61,089 nt of DNA from contig CAXHJY010000398.1 of NCBI GenBank assembly GCA_964016885.1, positions 1 to 61,089 on the forward strand. The letters run 5' to 3'. The notes beneath the pieces are model-generated. The model had not been told where the DNA came from and made no database searches. It saw only the letters and a program-made list of their open reading frames with translations. Shown piece by piece: positions 13,410-26,692 of the stretch. Made by a program: the position numbers and the translations under genes. This DNA comes from Eledone cirrhosa (taxonomy: Eukaryota). The stretch's first letter is position 1; each line of letters starts with the position of its first letter.

Positions 13410-13527
13410 TTAGAGCTGTGAAATATTGCATGCATTAATTTTAACTCTTCTTATTGAAAAATAAACCTCATTTGGTCATTCCATGAGAGTATCTTGGTCA
13501 GCCTAAGAACTTTTCAGCCGACCCTCA
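13410..13527 (-). mobile_element. Tc1/mariner-type element end (TIR plus subterminal region)
   Basis: Minus strand GAGGGTCGGCTGAAAAGTTCTTAGGCTGACCAAGATACTCTC next to TA; same sequence at 20890-21143, 32963-33738 and 38434-40397. Confidence 0.6.
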
Positions 13528-13618
13528 TATATATATATATATGTGTGTGTGTGTGTATGTGTGTGTGTGTGTGTGTGTATGTATGTGTGTGTGTGTATCT
13601 ATACATATATATACATAT

Positions 13619-13705
<87 letters not shown>

Positions 13706-13715
13706 CATATATATG

Positions 13716-13792
<77 letters not shown>

Positions 13793-13795
<3 letters not shown>

Positions 13796-14250
13796 GGATG
13801 TCCAAAGACACCCTCCTCACCAAGAAACCTTGGTGGGGTTGCCAGTTTAGTCGCCAACGACCCGACCATGATAATTCTGGGAGAGGGAAAACTCTGACAT
13901 AACACCTGCAACCCTGATGGTATCCAATGATGTTGACTTGTTCTTCTTTTTGGTAAATATCATCTTGGTTAAGAGAGTGGGACTGGCTTTGTGCAGTGCC
14001 TTTGCTCACTATAAAAGCTTCACGGCACAGGCATTGCTTTATATCTGGAGATCTCTCTGCACTTGTCATCACATGGTACCATGGGCCCAGCACTATGTGT
14101 CAGTAATTGTCACAAGTGTAGTGTTTGTACCAGAGTTTTCAAGTCGCTGGCTGGACTAAAAAGTCACACTCGTTCAGCGCATCAGTAGGGGTTCTCCTAT
14201 ATGGATATAAAGTAGTGGCCGTACTCGAAAACGAGTTGGCAGCCACCATA
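13793..14250 (+). repeat. dispersed repeat ending GGCAGCCA(C/T)CAT, probably a non-LTR 3' UTR or SINE
   Basis: Homologous to 34250-34468, 35333-35666, 35688-35948 and 42415-42455; first 80 bp match 35103-35188 (minus). Confidence 0.65.
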
Positions 14251-14379
14251 TATATATATATATATTAATAAAAGGAATTCCAACTGTGTCTGATTTACTC
14301 GTTTTATTTACAATCCTTTAAAATTATAATGGTATCAGAATGAAATAGTATGGTAGAATATTAAATGTTAAGTGTTAAT

Positions 14380-14418
14380 TGAACAAGTACTTTCATGCTT
14401 TCGCAATCTTCAGGTTCA
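14380..14418 (-). ncRNA. minimal type I hammerhead ribozyme motif
   Basis: Mirror copy of 14492-14530. Confidence 0.75.
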
Positions 14419-14491
14419 TATTCTGTGGTGACAGTCAAGTTTGCAATTTTCAACTGTTGAAAATTGCAAACTTGACTGTCACCACAGAATA

Positions 14492-14530
14492 TGAACCTGA
14501 AGATTGCGAAAGCATGAAAGTACTTGTTCA
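14492..14530 (+). ncRNA. minimal type I hammerhead ribozyme motif
   Basis: TGAAC-CTGAAGA-ttgc(gaaa)gcat-GAAA-GTAC-TT-GTTCA: 5-bp stem I, GAAA-capped stem II, palindromic loop 3. Confidence 0.78.
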
Positions 14531-14706
14531 ATTAACACTTAACATTTAATATTCTACCATACTATTTCATTCTGATACCATTATAATTTTAAAGGATTGT
14601 AAATAAAACGAGTAAATCAGACAAAGTTGAAATCCCTTTTATTAATATAATCTTCTATACACAATCATACACACCCGTGTATATTTATCTATATATATGT
14701 ATATAT

Positions 14707-14810
<104 letters not shown>

Positions 14811-15171
14811 AGTAGGAAGGTAGATAGGTAGATATGCATACATATAGATTTCTCGAAAGGCTATAGAAACACAAACATGCAAACAATTCCGTATAATAGC
14901 CCATATTACACAATAATAGATAAGCGTATATATATCTATCTATCTATCTATCTATATATATATAGAGTGTGGATGTCATTCACTTCGCACAGAAGTTTTG
15001 TTCAAATTTATTGAGGAAATTTTGTGAGTTCAAACTTAATTTTGATACAATTGTGTAGCTTGACCCTCCGTCTGAACTGTCAGGCGGTGGGTCAGCTCAT
15101 CTTTACCCCTCCTAGAGGTGAAAAACCTGTTTTAAAAAATTTTGTGTAAAAATTTCAATCGTCTAACAGAA

Positions 15172-17073
15172 ATGTTAAACGCAGCGAACGAAAATAGTGG
15201 TGGGGGGACAGCAGTAAGAGTTGTAAGCTCGCACGCTTTAGTCCCCCCTTCCTTCCCAACTAACGTCATAGAGAAGGAAGGAAAAATTAAAATAAAAACA
15301 GACGAATCTGCGGAAAAAAAAAAAAATGACGAAAACACAAATCTGGACTTGGATTCCAACAACGAAAAAAAAAAATTTGAAAAATTGCATGACAATACTA
15401 ATAACACAAACAAAGACACAACAAACACAAAAATAACATTTGAAAATAACACCATATCAGAAAACAAAGCAGACGACAAGATTTCATTTGCACAGAAAAC
15501 AAAGAAATCTTTGACTTATATAGCGGAAAACATTTCAGATGTGGTACGAAGGATCACGGACGCCAAACAATACATAAGTGAAGGAGAGAATGGTATTTTA
15601 TCGGTAAAAATGCCTCAAGAATTCACGAAAGACATTGAAAGCCGAACGGTCAAGTTTCGGACCATCAACAACAGTACAAAAAAACCTGAACAGCCTTCTC
15701 AAGCAGATATCAAAACAGTACTCACAGAAGTACTTAATGAAACCACTTTCATAAGAAAAGACAGACTGTATGGAAGCCTAGCAATTATCATGAAGAACGA
15801 ATCGGCGGCAAAAAAATGTGCTTTGTCACCGATTCGTTCGAAAAATTTCACCTTTTATCCATCTTATATGGTGAAAAGAACTCAACGCATATGGCTGGAT
15901 GCAATGATGCCAGATGTGGACTACTGCTGGCTCATAGCTGGCTTCATCGATCCAGTGAATGACAACGTGATTTCCATTGGGAAAACCACAGGCAATGCGT
16001 TCAGTGGAACAGGTATAGAGCTGGTAGTACAAATGAAGCCTGAACGCATCGCCCAAATACCCGACAGAATCCTATTAGAGGACCACGGGTATATAAACAT
16101 TAGCGTGGAGGGGAGAAGGCCGTCCTGCCATATCTGTGCAGGCAGAGGGCACCTGAAGGCCGCTTGTCCCCAACTCAACAAAAAGAAAACCCTGCTACCA
16201 ACACCAGCTCCACCACCACCACCACAACAGATAAACAAACAACAAAACTCAGTCCCACCCAACCCGTCCCTCAGTAAAACCACAACACCACCACAACACA
16301 AACAGTCACAACACATTACCCCAAAACAAAATACAGGCCCACCCAACCTCTCACTCAATAAAACAACACAACCACCGCAGACACAACACACAACACAGTC
16401 TAACATAGTGACATCCATCTCCCCCACAAAGAAAACCAACACGGAAACATTACCAGCAAACATACCTCTTCCCTCCAACACTGAAGATAACCCAACGAAT
16501 TCGGAGGAAGAAACGGAGTCCTTCAGACAGATTAAAAGGAAAAAAAGAAAACATGTGCAAAACACACAAGGACAAACAACCCCCACCCAAATCTCAACAC
16601 AATCCAACAAAACAGAAAACACCCCTCCAGCAACAAACAAAACCAAACCTGCCCCTCCCCTCTTCGAAACACTCACACCATCGGAAAAAAAGACATTACA
16701 CTATACTTACATCAACAGAAACAATAATAAATTAAATGAACTCATATACAATAATCCTTCGGTACAAACCGAAGGTGTAAACTTTGTTTCGTCAGAAAAC
16801 TACCCACATTTAAAACTAATAAAGATCCCAATGAACCTCTACCAAAAACTAAAAAAGGATTTTAAGGAGGACGTAGGACCACCCTCTGTCAAACCCATAA
16901 ACCGCGTCCTACTAAAAAGCTTTCCCCCTCCCCTTCCCCTCCCCAACACAACTCCAAACACCCCAACCCCACCACACACTGACGACCCCACACCACCACA
17001 AGACACCCCTTCACCCAACACCCCCGACCCCATGGAAGTCGTGCAACCCGAACCCCGGGAAGCAGAAAGGTAG
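15172..17073 (+). CDS. Tx1 ORF1 nucleic-acid-binding protein
   Basis: Open for more than 630 codons; single CCHC knuckle CHICAGRGHLKAAC; Pro/Thr-rich C-terminal half; first ATG at 15172. Confidence 0.88.
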   Translation: MLNAANENSGGGTAVRVVSSHALVPPSFPTNVIEKEGKIKIKTDESAEKKKNDENTNLDLDSNNEKKKFEKLHDNTNNTNKDTTNTKITFENNTISENKADDKISFAQKTKKSLTYIAENISDVVRRITDAKQYISEGENGILSVKMPQEFTKDIESRTVKFRTINNSTKKPEQPSQADIKTVLTEVLNETTFIRKDRLYGSLAIIMKNESAAKKCALSPIRSKNFTFYPSYMVKRTQRIWLDAMMPDVDYCWLIAGFIDPVNDNVISIGKTTGNAFSGTGIELVVQMKPERIAQIPDRILLEDHGYINISVEGRRPSCHICAGRGHLKAACPQLNKKKTLLPTPAPPPPPQQINKQQNSVPPNPSLSKTTTPPQHKQSQHITPKQNTGPPNLSLNKTTQPPQTQHTTQSNIVTSISPTKKTNTETLPANIPLPSNTEDNPTNSEEETESFRQIKRKKRKHVQNTQGQTTPTQISTQSNKTENTPPATNKTKPAPPLFETLTPSEKKTLHYTYINRNNNKLNELIYNNPSVQTEGVNFVSSENYPHLKLIKIPMNLYQKLKKDFKEDVGPPSVKPINRVLLKSFPPPLPLPNTTPNTPTPPHTDDPTPPQDTPSPNTPDPMEVVQPEPREAER

Positions 17074-17106
17074 GTCTCTACACTCTCCTTTGGCTCTGCC
17101 GCCCAC

Positions 17107-20100
17107 ATGGATGTGTTAAGAGTAGGATGTTTGAATGCACGTGGCCTGGCCTCAACTTGGAAGCAAGCAAAGCTTCTAAATGACCTCAGGTCATGTAGTA
17201 TAAATGTAATGGTTATCTGTGAGACTCGAATCAGCGTCGTGCGGCAGCTGGCCCCCACCTTCGATGACTTTGAGGTGCATGCATCTCTCTGTCAACCTGG
17301 AGGTGGGGGTGGGGTTGTCGTACTGCTGCAAAAACACCTGGGTCTTGCCGTACAGGTTGTGCACTCGGACCCGGAGGGTCGTTTGTTGGTGCTAGACGTT
17401 TGCAGTAGTGAAAGTGCGGCCTTGAGACTGGTCGCCGTCTACTCCCCTTTCGGAGCTGAACGGCCCGACTTCTTCCAGCGTTTGGAGACTTTTCTGGGAA
17501 CGTCGCGTTCCCTGCTTCTAGCGGGGGATTGGAATGACATTCTGGATGCACGTTGGGACTATGCAGGAGCATGTCTTAATAGAGGGGGGTGTAACAGCCT
17601 CAAGAGGTTACTCGACCGTTTTAACTTGGTCGATAGATATCGACTAGATTTTCCAACTGTGCCTACCTGGACTTGGAGAAACCACAGTGGTCAATCTAGA
17701 TTGTACTTAGATAGATTCTTAGTTAGAAGTAAGGATAGGGACATATTAAGCTGTCCAGAAATGCGCACGGTTGGCTACACGGATCACAAATTAGTGACCT
17801 GCGTGGTCAATCTCGAGAAAACACATAGACAGGGTCCCGGTTACTGGAAACTTAATTTGTCTTTACCGGCAAAAGAGACTTACAGAAACCGGATTAGCAG
17901 ATTAGTTAAGGAGAGGTTGACGGGTGCAATCGTCAACAACCGATGGTGGGCATCTCTCAAAAGAGAGATTAGAACAGAATCAATAAGTTATAGCAAGATG
18001 TTAGCTGCCGATAGGAATAGAAACGAGAAAGAATTAACAGGTAAATTAGAAGAGGCCATCAAGAGCGAAGATGTGGCCAGAGTGCTGGCATCGAGGACGG
18101 CCTTGAACCAGTTTTTCGATGCAAAGCACGAAGGCTGCGTCATTCGTAGTAAAATTCGTGCTCTAGGTAATGAGGGGGCCAAAGCCGTTGGATGGGCCCG
18201 CGTGACAGAAGCTAAGAGTGGAAATCGATCCACCATCCGGTCGTTGCAAGACGAAGATGGACGGGTGATCCGGGAGCCTAAGCAGATGTGCGAGGCCTTT
18301 CAAAGGCACTTTGCCCGATTGTTCGGGGGAGGCGAGGGTCCGGGCGGGGGCGTGGATTTCGGTCCATACCTCGACGGCCTGCCGCGTCTCTCGAACGAAG
18401 AGGCAGAGTCCTGCGAGGGACCAATCTCGGCTGATGAGATCGGAGATGCGCTGAGCCAATGCAGCAGACGCAAATCTCCAGGTCTCGATGGTATACCTTA
18501 CGAACTTTATTTAGCAATGCCGGTCTTCTTCTCCGAACTCCTCGAAGCGGTCTACTGCAATTGGCAGCAGAACGGGAGAATTCCTTGTTCTGTAGCCAAG
18601 GGCGTAGTCACGCTGGTGAGGAAGGACGAGAACAAGGGGGATAGTATAAATAATTTTCGGCCCATAACCCTGCTAAACACAGAGTTAAAGATTTTGGCCA
18701 AGGTGTTAGCAAAGAGGTTGGCGCTTGTCGTGGGTGGCCTGGTGGGAGATGCGCAGACATGTGCTATCCCATCCAGGTCCATTCACGATAACCTCCACCT
18801 CATGCGATACATCATAGAGAGGGTTGGCAACAAACCCGGCTTCGGTGGGGCCCTGATCAACTTGGATCAGTCTAAGGCCTTCGATAGGGTCGACCATGGT
18901 TACCTGGATGCGGTGCTAGCGGCGGCTGGGTTCGGTCCTGTTTTCAGAGGCTGGATCACTGCCCTACATAGCAACCACATCTGTTCTAGGATCAAGGTGA
19001 ACGGCTACCTTTCGAAGCCGTTCGAAATCACGCGATCCATTCGACAGGGGTGCCCTCTCTCCTCCCTTCTGTACGTATTGACTCTCGAGCCTTTACTGAG
19101 GAAGTTGGAGTTGTTGCAGGGTATCCCCCTGGAACCAGGATTGAGCAAAGCGGTGTCGGCCTACACCGATGACGTAACAGTAATGGTATCAACCGACTCG
19201 GAGATCGAGGCGATCGGTACCTTACTGGAGGAGTACGAAAGGTTGTCAGGAGCGAAACTGAACCGGGAAAAATCCATTGGGCTGCAACTCGGAACGTGGA
19301 GAGGCAGACCGATGCCTCCTGACGGTGTCGTCGGACACTGGACGGAGGGCCCGGTAAAGTTGCTTGGGGTCTGGTTTGGACCGGACCTCCAGGTGGAAAA
19401 GAACTGGAACGAGGTTACGAACAAGGTGTTTGCACTAACCCAGAAATGGGCCAAGTGTAAGCTGTCCCTAAAAGGCCGGGCGGAGGTGGCGAACATTTAC
19501 ATAGCGTCCGTCACTTACTACCGCCTGACTGTCGTGCCTTGCCCTAAGGAAACACTCACCACCATGGAACGCATGCTCTTCCAATTTCTTTGGAAGAAGC
19601 GTCCTCCTATGGTGAGAAGATCCATCTGCTGCCAACAACCTTCGAAAGGAGGGCTGGGGATGCCGTGGTTAATGATGCGTAGGCACGCATTAAGGCTACG
19701 GCACCTACAGGTATTCCTCACTGGTCAACCGGTGTGGGCTCCGTTCGTGAAACGAGCCTTTCCGAGACTCGTCTCGCTCACCGAGCTACAGTCCTGGGTC
19801 AAGCAAAGATCCGGAAAACTGGGAGACTGGCACACTGAGTGTGCTCAGGCGCTCAGGGCTCTCTGGCAAGCGGGCCAGGCCATCGGTGGAGAATCCACCT
19901 CATCATTCTATAGAGGGCTGGTGGCTAGCAGGGGCGATGACACCCTTGGAGAGTCGCTGGACATGGAAGAAGACGAACTGGCCAGCCTGTTCGGTAGGAC
20001 TTTCGGCCCAGGACCAATGGACAACTTCCAGAAGTCACTGGCCTGGCAGTGCTACCGGGGGGCTCTACCCGTTCGAGAGAGGCTCTACAGACACGGGCGC

Positions 20101-20352
20101 CCGGGCAGGGATCCCTCAAAAAAGATTTGCCCTAGATGCGTGCGTCACGAAGAAACCGTTGCGCACGCATTGGTGCAATGTCCGGGCGTGGCTGATCTGT
20201 GGGGCTACGCCGAACGACTGCTGTCGCGGGTGGCGCCGATTAAATTGACCGCCGAGTCCGTGATGACAATCAAACCGCCTCCCCTCTTCACAAAGGAAGC
20301 AAAGGCGGTTTTTCTGTGCGTAATAGCCATGTTGAAAGAGGTTGTTTGGTGA
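17107..20352 (+). CDS. Tx1 ORF2 (APE endonuclease, reverse transcriptase, Cys/His C-terminal motif) with premature TGA; frame continues to 20544
   Basis: LNARGL, ICETR, GDWN, LDRF, TDH (APE); KSPGLDG, FRPITLLN, DQSKAFDRV, RQGCPLS, YTDD (RT); CPRC..ETVAHALVQC. Confidence 0.93.
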   Translation: MDVLRVGCLNARGLASTWKQAKLLNDLRSCSINVMVICETRISVVRQLAPTFDDFEVHASLCQPGGGGGVVVLLQKHLGLAVQVVHSDPEGRLLVLDVCSSESAALRLVAVYSPFGAERPDFFQRLETFLGTSRSLLLAGDWNDILDARWDYAGACLNRGGCNSLKRLLDRFNLVDRYRLDFPTVPTWTWRNHSGQSRLYLDRFLVRSKDRDILSCPEMRTVGYTDHKLVTCVVNLEKTHRQGPGYWKLNLSLPAKETYRNRISRLVKERLTGAIVNNRWWASLKREIRTESISYSKMLAADRNRNEKELTGKLEEAIKSEDVARVLASRTALNQFFDAKHEGCVIRSKIRALGNEGAKAVGWARVTEAKSGNRSTIRSLQDEDGRVIREPKQMCEAFQRHFARLFGGGEGPGGGVDFGPYLDGLPRLSNEEAESCEGPISADEIGDALSQCSRRKSPGLDGIPYELYLAMPVFFSELLEAVYCNWQQNGRIPCSVAKGVVTLVRKDENKGDSINNFRPITLLNTELKILAKVLAKRLALVVGGLVGDAQTCAIPSRSIHDNLHLMRYIIERVGNKPGFGGALINLDQSKAFDRVDHGYLDAVLAAAGFGPVFRGWITALHSNHICSRIKVNGYLSKPFEITRSIRQGCPLSSLLYVLTLEPLLRKLELLQGIPLEPGLSKAVSAYTDDVTVMVSTDSEIEAIGTLLEEYERLSGAKLNREKSIGLQLGTWRGRPMPPDGVVGHWTEGPVKLLGVWFGPDLQVEKNWNEVTNKVFALTQKWAKCKLSLKGRAEVANIYIASVTYYRLTVVPCPKETLTTMERMLFQFLWKKRPPMVRRSICCQQPSKGGLGMPWLMMRRHALRLRHLQVFLTGQPVWAPFVKRAFPRLVSLTELQSWVKQRSGKLGDWHTECAQALRALWQAGQAIGGESTSSFYRGLVASRGDDTLGESLDMEEDELASLFGRTFGPGPMDNFQKSLAWQCYRGALPVRERLYRHGRPGRDPSKKICPRCVRHEETVAHALVQCPGVADLWGYAERLLSRVAPIKLTAESVMTIKPPPLFTKEAKAVFLCVIAMLKEVVW

Positions 20353-20763
20353 ACACGATTGAAAGGTCTGAGGTCAGGCAACTTCCTCTCTGGCCATAGT
20401 CTGGTCTACTTCTTCCGATATCACTTCGGAAGAAGGATAAGAATGGAGAGAGGGGTGCTTGGCCACGGGCAGTTTTATGAAAGGTGGGTGATAGTGGCGA
20501 GAATGGCTCGTGTAAATGGGCCTTCTCTGTATACCATCCTGTAGGTAAAGAAGTAAAGGAGAGGGGAGCACCTTCTCCATGTGCTCCCCGGGCAAAGGAT
20601 TGCACACTTTTTCGGGGGTGTGTGCAACCCCCATCACGTCCCCTCCCTTTTGAGGTTATTTTCGATTATTTTCATGTTACACCCTTTTTACTCGATTATA
20701 TGTAAACTCCCCCTTTGTATTTGTCCCTTCTTTTTATGCCTTTATGGTAAATAAAGAAATCTA

Positions 20764-20821
<58 letters not shown>

Positions 20822-20889
20822 ATAAAAGGAAGAAGAAAGGACTAAGATAAAGGCATAAACATTAGGTGATAACGATGAAGGAGTGATTT

Positions 20890-21143
20890 AAGAGTTGTGA
20901 AATCTTGCATGCATTAATTTCAACTCTTTTTTTTTTTTTTATTAATAACTACATTGTTTCTTTCCAGGGACTAAGGTTGAAAAATAAATCTCATTTGGTC
21001 ATTCCAGGAGAGTATCTAGGTCAGCCTATGAAGGGCTGAAATCTTGCATGCATTAATTTCAACTATTTTTATTGAAAAATAAACCTCGTTTGGTCATTCT
21101 ATGAGAGTATCTTGGTCAGACTATGAACTTTTCATTCGACACT
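20890..21143 (-). mobile_element. mariner-type end with internal duplication
   Basis: Two copies of the GGTCATTCCA..AGAGTATC.TGGTCAG block; terminus reads TACGAGTGTCGAATGAAAAGTTCATAG on the minus strand. Confidence 0.6.
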
Positions 21144-21506
21144 CGTATATGTGTAAGTTAGTATACAAAGAGCGGTCTGATTATAAATGTATCTAACTAA
21201 TTCAAACGAAATTCTGGCTATAGCGTGCAATGTTACCTATAGGATTACGAAACATGGAAATATTTTGAAGTCTTAAATATTTTATGATGCAAAGACAGAA
21301 TTAGAATTCCTGAAAATATGTATCTTTGCAAAAAGAAGTTCATAGCTTTTGGTTGAACAGATTTTACACAGTCTTTCGTTACGTGTTAGAGAATTAGCTT
21401 CTAACTTCGAAAGTGAAGTAGCTTGGGGAGGGAAGAGAGGCGACGATTGTCAATATTGTTGTTGTATGGTGTAGATGTAAGTTTACTGTTCAATAATACT
21501 AAAGTG

Positions 21507-21567
<61 letters not shown>

Positions 21568-21589
21568 CACATAGATATATATGTATATG

Positions 21590-22877
<1,288 letters not shown>

Positions 22878-22888
22878 TATATGTATAT

Positions 22889-22922
<34 letters not shown>

Positions 22923-22923
22923 G

Positions 22924-22982
<59 letters not shown>

Positions 22983-23123
22983 TATATAAACATATATGTA
23001 TATATATATATATATATATGTACATATTCATATATATGTATATATCTATGTGTATGTGTACATATATATATATGTATGTACATATATATATATGTATATA
23101 TCTATGTGTGTGTGTGTGTGTGT

Positions 23124-23189
<66 letters not shown>

Positions 23190-23906
23190 GTATATATATT
23201 TAAAAATTAAAAGTTTCCTTGAAATGTTGATAATGCTTTCAACTATTAAAATATACGGTTCTTATTTTTTTCTAAATCCCATCTGAAAGTTGAATCCACA
23301 AGGGATATTAAAGAAAGGGCTACAAACAACAAAATGGCTGTCATAAATAGTTTTACAGCTACTAAATTGGAATTCCCTGAATGATAGTTTGTTGGAATAA
23401 ATTTCTTAAACCTAGTTTATTATCTCCTCTTCAAACTGTATATACACCATGAAGTGATATAGACTAGTTCTGGTAGTACAAAATATGATCCTTTCCTAAA
23501 CGTTATTTGATAGGCTTCTTAGTGCTTTTCCTTACTGGTGTAAATATTTGTAACATTCACGTATTCATATAGCTAGCTACCTTGGTCATACAATACTAAA
23601 CAATTATTTAACGGCTTAATGTAGGGAACTCATGTGGGGGGAAGTGGAATAAGATCTCATCACGTTGAAACGTACTTTGTCTCACTGCATCTGGAAAAAA
23701 AATCTGAAAAAATAACAAAACTAAAAATATATGTATAAATTTATAAATATATATTTGGAGAATAATTCTTGAAGAATTCAAGACAAGAGATTATTGAATT
23801 GATGTTTCTTCTGTATTTTATAAAAGACAATAATAACGTGACTAGTTATATGCCTCACCTTCCTTCATCTCTCTCTCTCTCTATTCTCTCTCTCTCTCTC
23901 TCTCTC

Positions 23907-23988
<82 letters not shown>

Positions 23989-24799
23989 TAAGTTACTGTA
24001 ATCCACAAAACACAATATTTCCGATGTATTACATTGTTCAAGGCAATCCTTTCGTTGTTTGCAATCGTGATTCATCTCAATACTATTTGGTAATAAGTTC
24101 ATTTGCCATCACAGTGAAACGTGTTCTATAATTTTATTGTTCGTTACTATTTTTATCGTTGGCGTCAGTTTAATACAAGCAAATATTCTCCATTGTGAAC
24201 ACAACTTACGTTCGATAGAATGCAAATTAATTGTTACAGATAATTCTATAACTTTAATATTTTATAATTGTTATCTGTGTGTATTTGCAGAGCCCCTATT
24301 TTAAGCATTAATGTAGTCAATTTAAAACACAGAGAAATATGTCATTCATTTTCTTTGTTTTTTTTTTTCGTTTTTGTGGTTTTTCTTTTAAGAAAAATCT
24401 TGCGATTTATTTCGTTTGATCATCCGCATTTTTTGCATATTTTTGACTTGTTCACCCTAATGTTGGAGGATCTTTGAAAAATCTTTCTATATAAACGATC
24501 AAACAACATTTCGAAACAAAACTGATTTCATATTATGTTCAATGTTCTTAGTCAAGATATTGAAAAAAACATGAACCGGAAAACGAAATATAATTCAGGT
24601 TGATGGTTTTTGTATATATAGTCGAGGGAATGAAAACATCACAAGGAAAAGATACAGGATTGTTTTATTAATAACGTGAAGGAAAGCAATTCAACTTTGG
24701 TGAGAAAGGACTTAATTCAGGCAGTATTAGATACCGCAAGGTGTTTATAATCGACAAACTAACTGAGTTCATTCCACATTGATGTATCTATCTATCTAT

Positions 24800-24866
24800 C
24801 TAAAATCCCCAGCATGTCTTTGTATTGTCCCCTTTCTTGTTGCGCCCTTGTGGCTAATAAAGAAAT
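24800..24866 (+). mobile_element. Tx1-like 3' stub in (TCTA)n
   Basis: CTTTGTATTGTCCCC...AATAAAGAAA followed by TCTATCTA; TCTA repeats upstream. Confidence 0.65.
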
Positions 24867-24900
24867 CTATCTATTTCTCCTCATGTATATATATATATAT

Positions 24901-25055
24901 ATAACGAAGGAGGTGTGGTAAGGAACCAGATGGACCATAACGCACCAAAATACTCAATACTTAGGGTAGCAGAGTGGGTAATAGGAAAATGTTTAACCCC
25001 GTCGAAACGGCTTGAGCTCTGCCGTCGGGGTTAAACATTTTCCTATATATATATA
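24901..25055. repeat. PLE-associated terminal repeat with terminal hairpin (24982-25055)
   Basis: AACGAAGGA.GTGTGGTAAGGAACCAG.TGGACCATAACGCACC family, also at 27613-27658, 43322-43520, 43720-43897 and 59937-60015. Confidence 0.75.
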
Positions 25056-25330
25056 TATATATTCATGTATATATATATATTTAAAATTAGTATTAGTATT
25101 GGTGGCTCCAATATAGCGTTATACACATATATTTGCGAGATGTATATCGAATAACATATAACATATATATAAATATATATACATATATATAAGCAGAAGG
25201 GATATTCAATTTATTGGTAATTCAACAAATATAAATGTTTATAACTGATTTAGAGCACTCAACAAGTTTTCTGGAGTATAATATACATTGATATTAAATA
25301 AATGGAAACTATATTTATAAAACCATATTT

Positions 25331-25389
25331 ATTCTATTATATATATTTCAAGGGTACCAAAATTTTGGTACGCTATCATCAGATAAAAT
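25331..25389 (-). ncRNA. type I hammerhead ribozyme motif
   Basis: ATTTTAT-CTGATGA-tagc-gtacc(aaaatttt)ggtac-cctt-GAAA-TATATA-TA-ATAGAAT. Confidence 0.65.
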
Positions 25390-26464
25390 ACAAAATATTT
25401 TATAAATATTTGACATAGCCAAGATAATATACCTTAAGGGTTCAAGTTATCTCTGGAAAGTGAAGGGAAGAGAAAAAGACCAGATATTTAAAATTATTAA
25501 TATGAATATGCAAATGAGGTCTATGTAACAGGGCTGGAAAAAAACGTTATTTTAGACGCTTTGGAAAATTTAAATAATTATGATAAGTTATTGTATGTGT
25601 AGGAAGGAAGAGAGAGGAATAACGTTAATTGGGGGGGGGGGGTTTACCTATATTATGAGTTATAATATTGTATACATAATCAATTAGATTATATGAAGAA
25701 TTATGGTTGTAAGTATTTTTATCTTATTATATTAAGATAGGTTATATGTATATAAATATATAATATATATAATAATAAGTTGCGTATGTATTGATTGTTT
25801 ATATATCAAATATGAGTTACGAAGGATGGTGAAATTGTATTTTAAAGTTGTGACAGTAGAATAATTTGTGGATTCAAACATTTTGTTCAACATTGAGAAT
25901 GTTTTAGAATATTGTTAATTTAACGAAGCTATATAGATTATCAAACAAAAAATCGTTATGTTTTCACGATTGATAATAGTGTTTATGTTGTAACGATTGA
26001 TAGAGGAAAGATAAATCTAATTTTGTTTAAAATTAGAGAAAAAATTATATATTATTTTGTGTGAGATCAATTATTTTAGTCGAAAGATGTGTGAATGTTT
26101 GGATAACAAAAGAGAGGAAAAAATGTAATGTGTTTTTCAAAGAACTCTCTTAAAGAGGATAAATTTTCAGAACATCATTTAAAGATTATCAATCTACTCA
26201 AAATATATTTATAGGGGTGTCCTTACAAAAGAATGTCAGAATTAAAAGGTGTAGGAAAATAAAATATTAAATATATATATTAAAAAATATTATAAATATT
26301 AGAGGTATAAAAAATTCCTGAAATATTAAGAATATTAAAGAATATTAAAATATTTAAAATATTAAAAAATATTAAAAAATACAAAAAAATTAAAAATAAA
26401 TTTTTTTTAATTTACATTTTAATTTTTTAAGGAAATAGGATCATGTTGAAGGTTTATAGGGATA

Positions 26465-26570
26465 TTATAATTTAAATATAGTTTTGAACGTGGAATTTTG
26501 GCGATGTTTGCAAGAAGAAAATAATTCTGTTCTGAGATTAATAGAGTTTTGACAGTTAATTATAAAAATA
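26465..26570 (-). pseudogene. PLE endonuclease extreme C-terminal remnant
   Basis: INLRTELFSSCKHR matches the LN.R.E...C.H tail of the other two PLE fragments. Confidence 0.55.
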
Positions 26571-26647
26571 TATACATATATATATAAATATATACATACA
26601 TACACATACACACACTGGGTCGTGTACTGATAATTTTTTTGTTTTCT

Positions 26648-26692
26648 ATGCCCTTGATAAGTCCGTTCTGGCCGAAACGTACGTAGGTGCAT
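26648..26692 (+). ncRNA. degenerate hammerhead motif
   Basis: ATGCCC-TTGATAA-gtcc...ggcc-GAAA-CGTACG-TA-GGTGCAT; core CUGAUGA is mutated. Confidence 0.45.

Larger units (their letters stand above)
14261..14649. repeat. about 390-bp near-perfect palindrome (centre 14455) flanked by TA, with an HHR in each arm
   Basis: Arms are reverse complements with about 3 mismatches near the outer ends. Confidence 0.95.
14965..20760 (+). mobile_element. full-length Tx1-clade (L1-group) non-LTR retrotransposon
   Basis: 5' UTR with hairpins, ORF1, ORF2, 3' UTR ending AATAAAGAAA; ATCTATCTATATATATATA on both sides (TSD-like). Confidence 0.92.

Noticed and set aside
15826-20705. Short antisense and alternative-frame ORFs within the Tx1 element
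   Set aside because: Shadows of ORF1/ORF2 composition; only 20359-20544 is real (ORF2 continuation)
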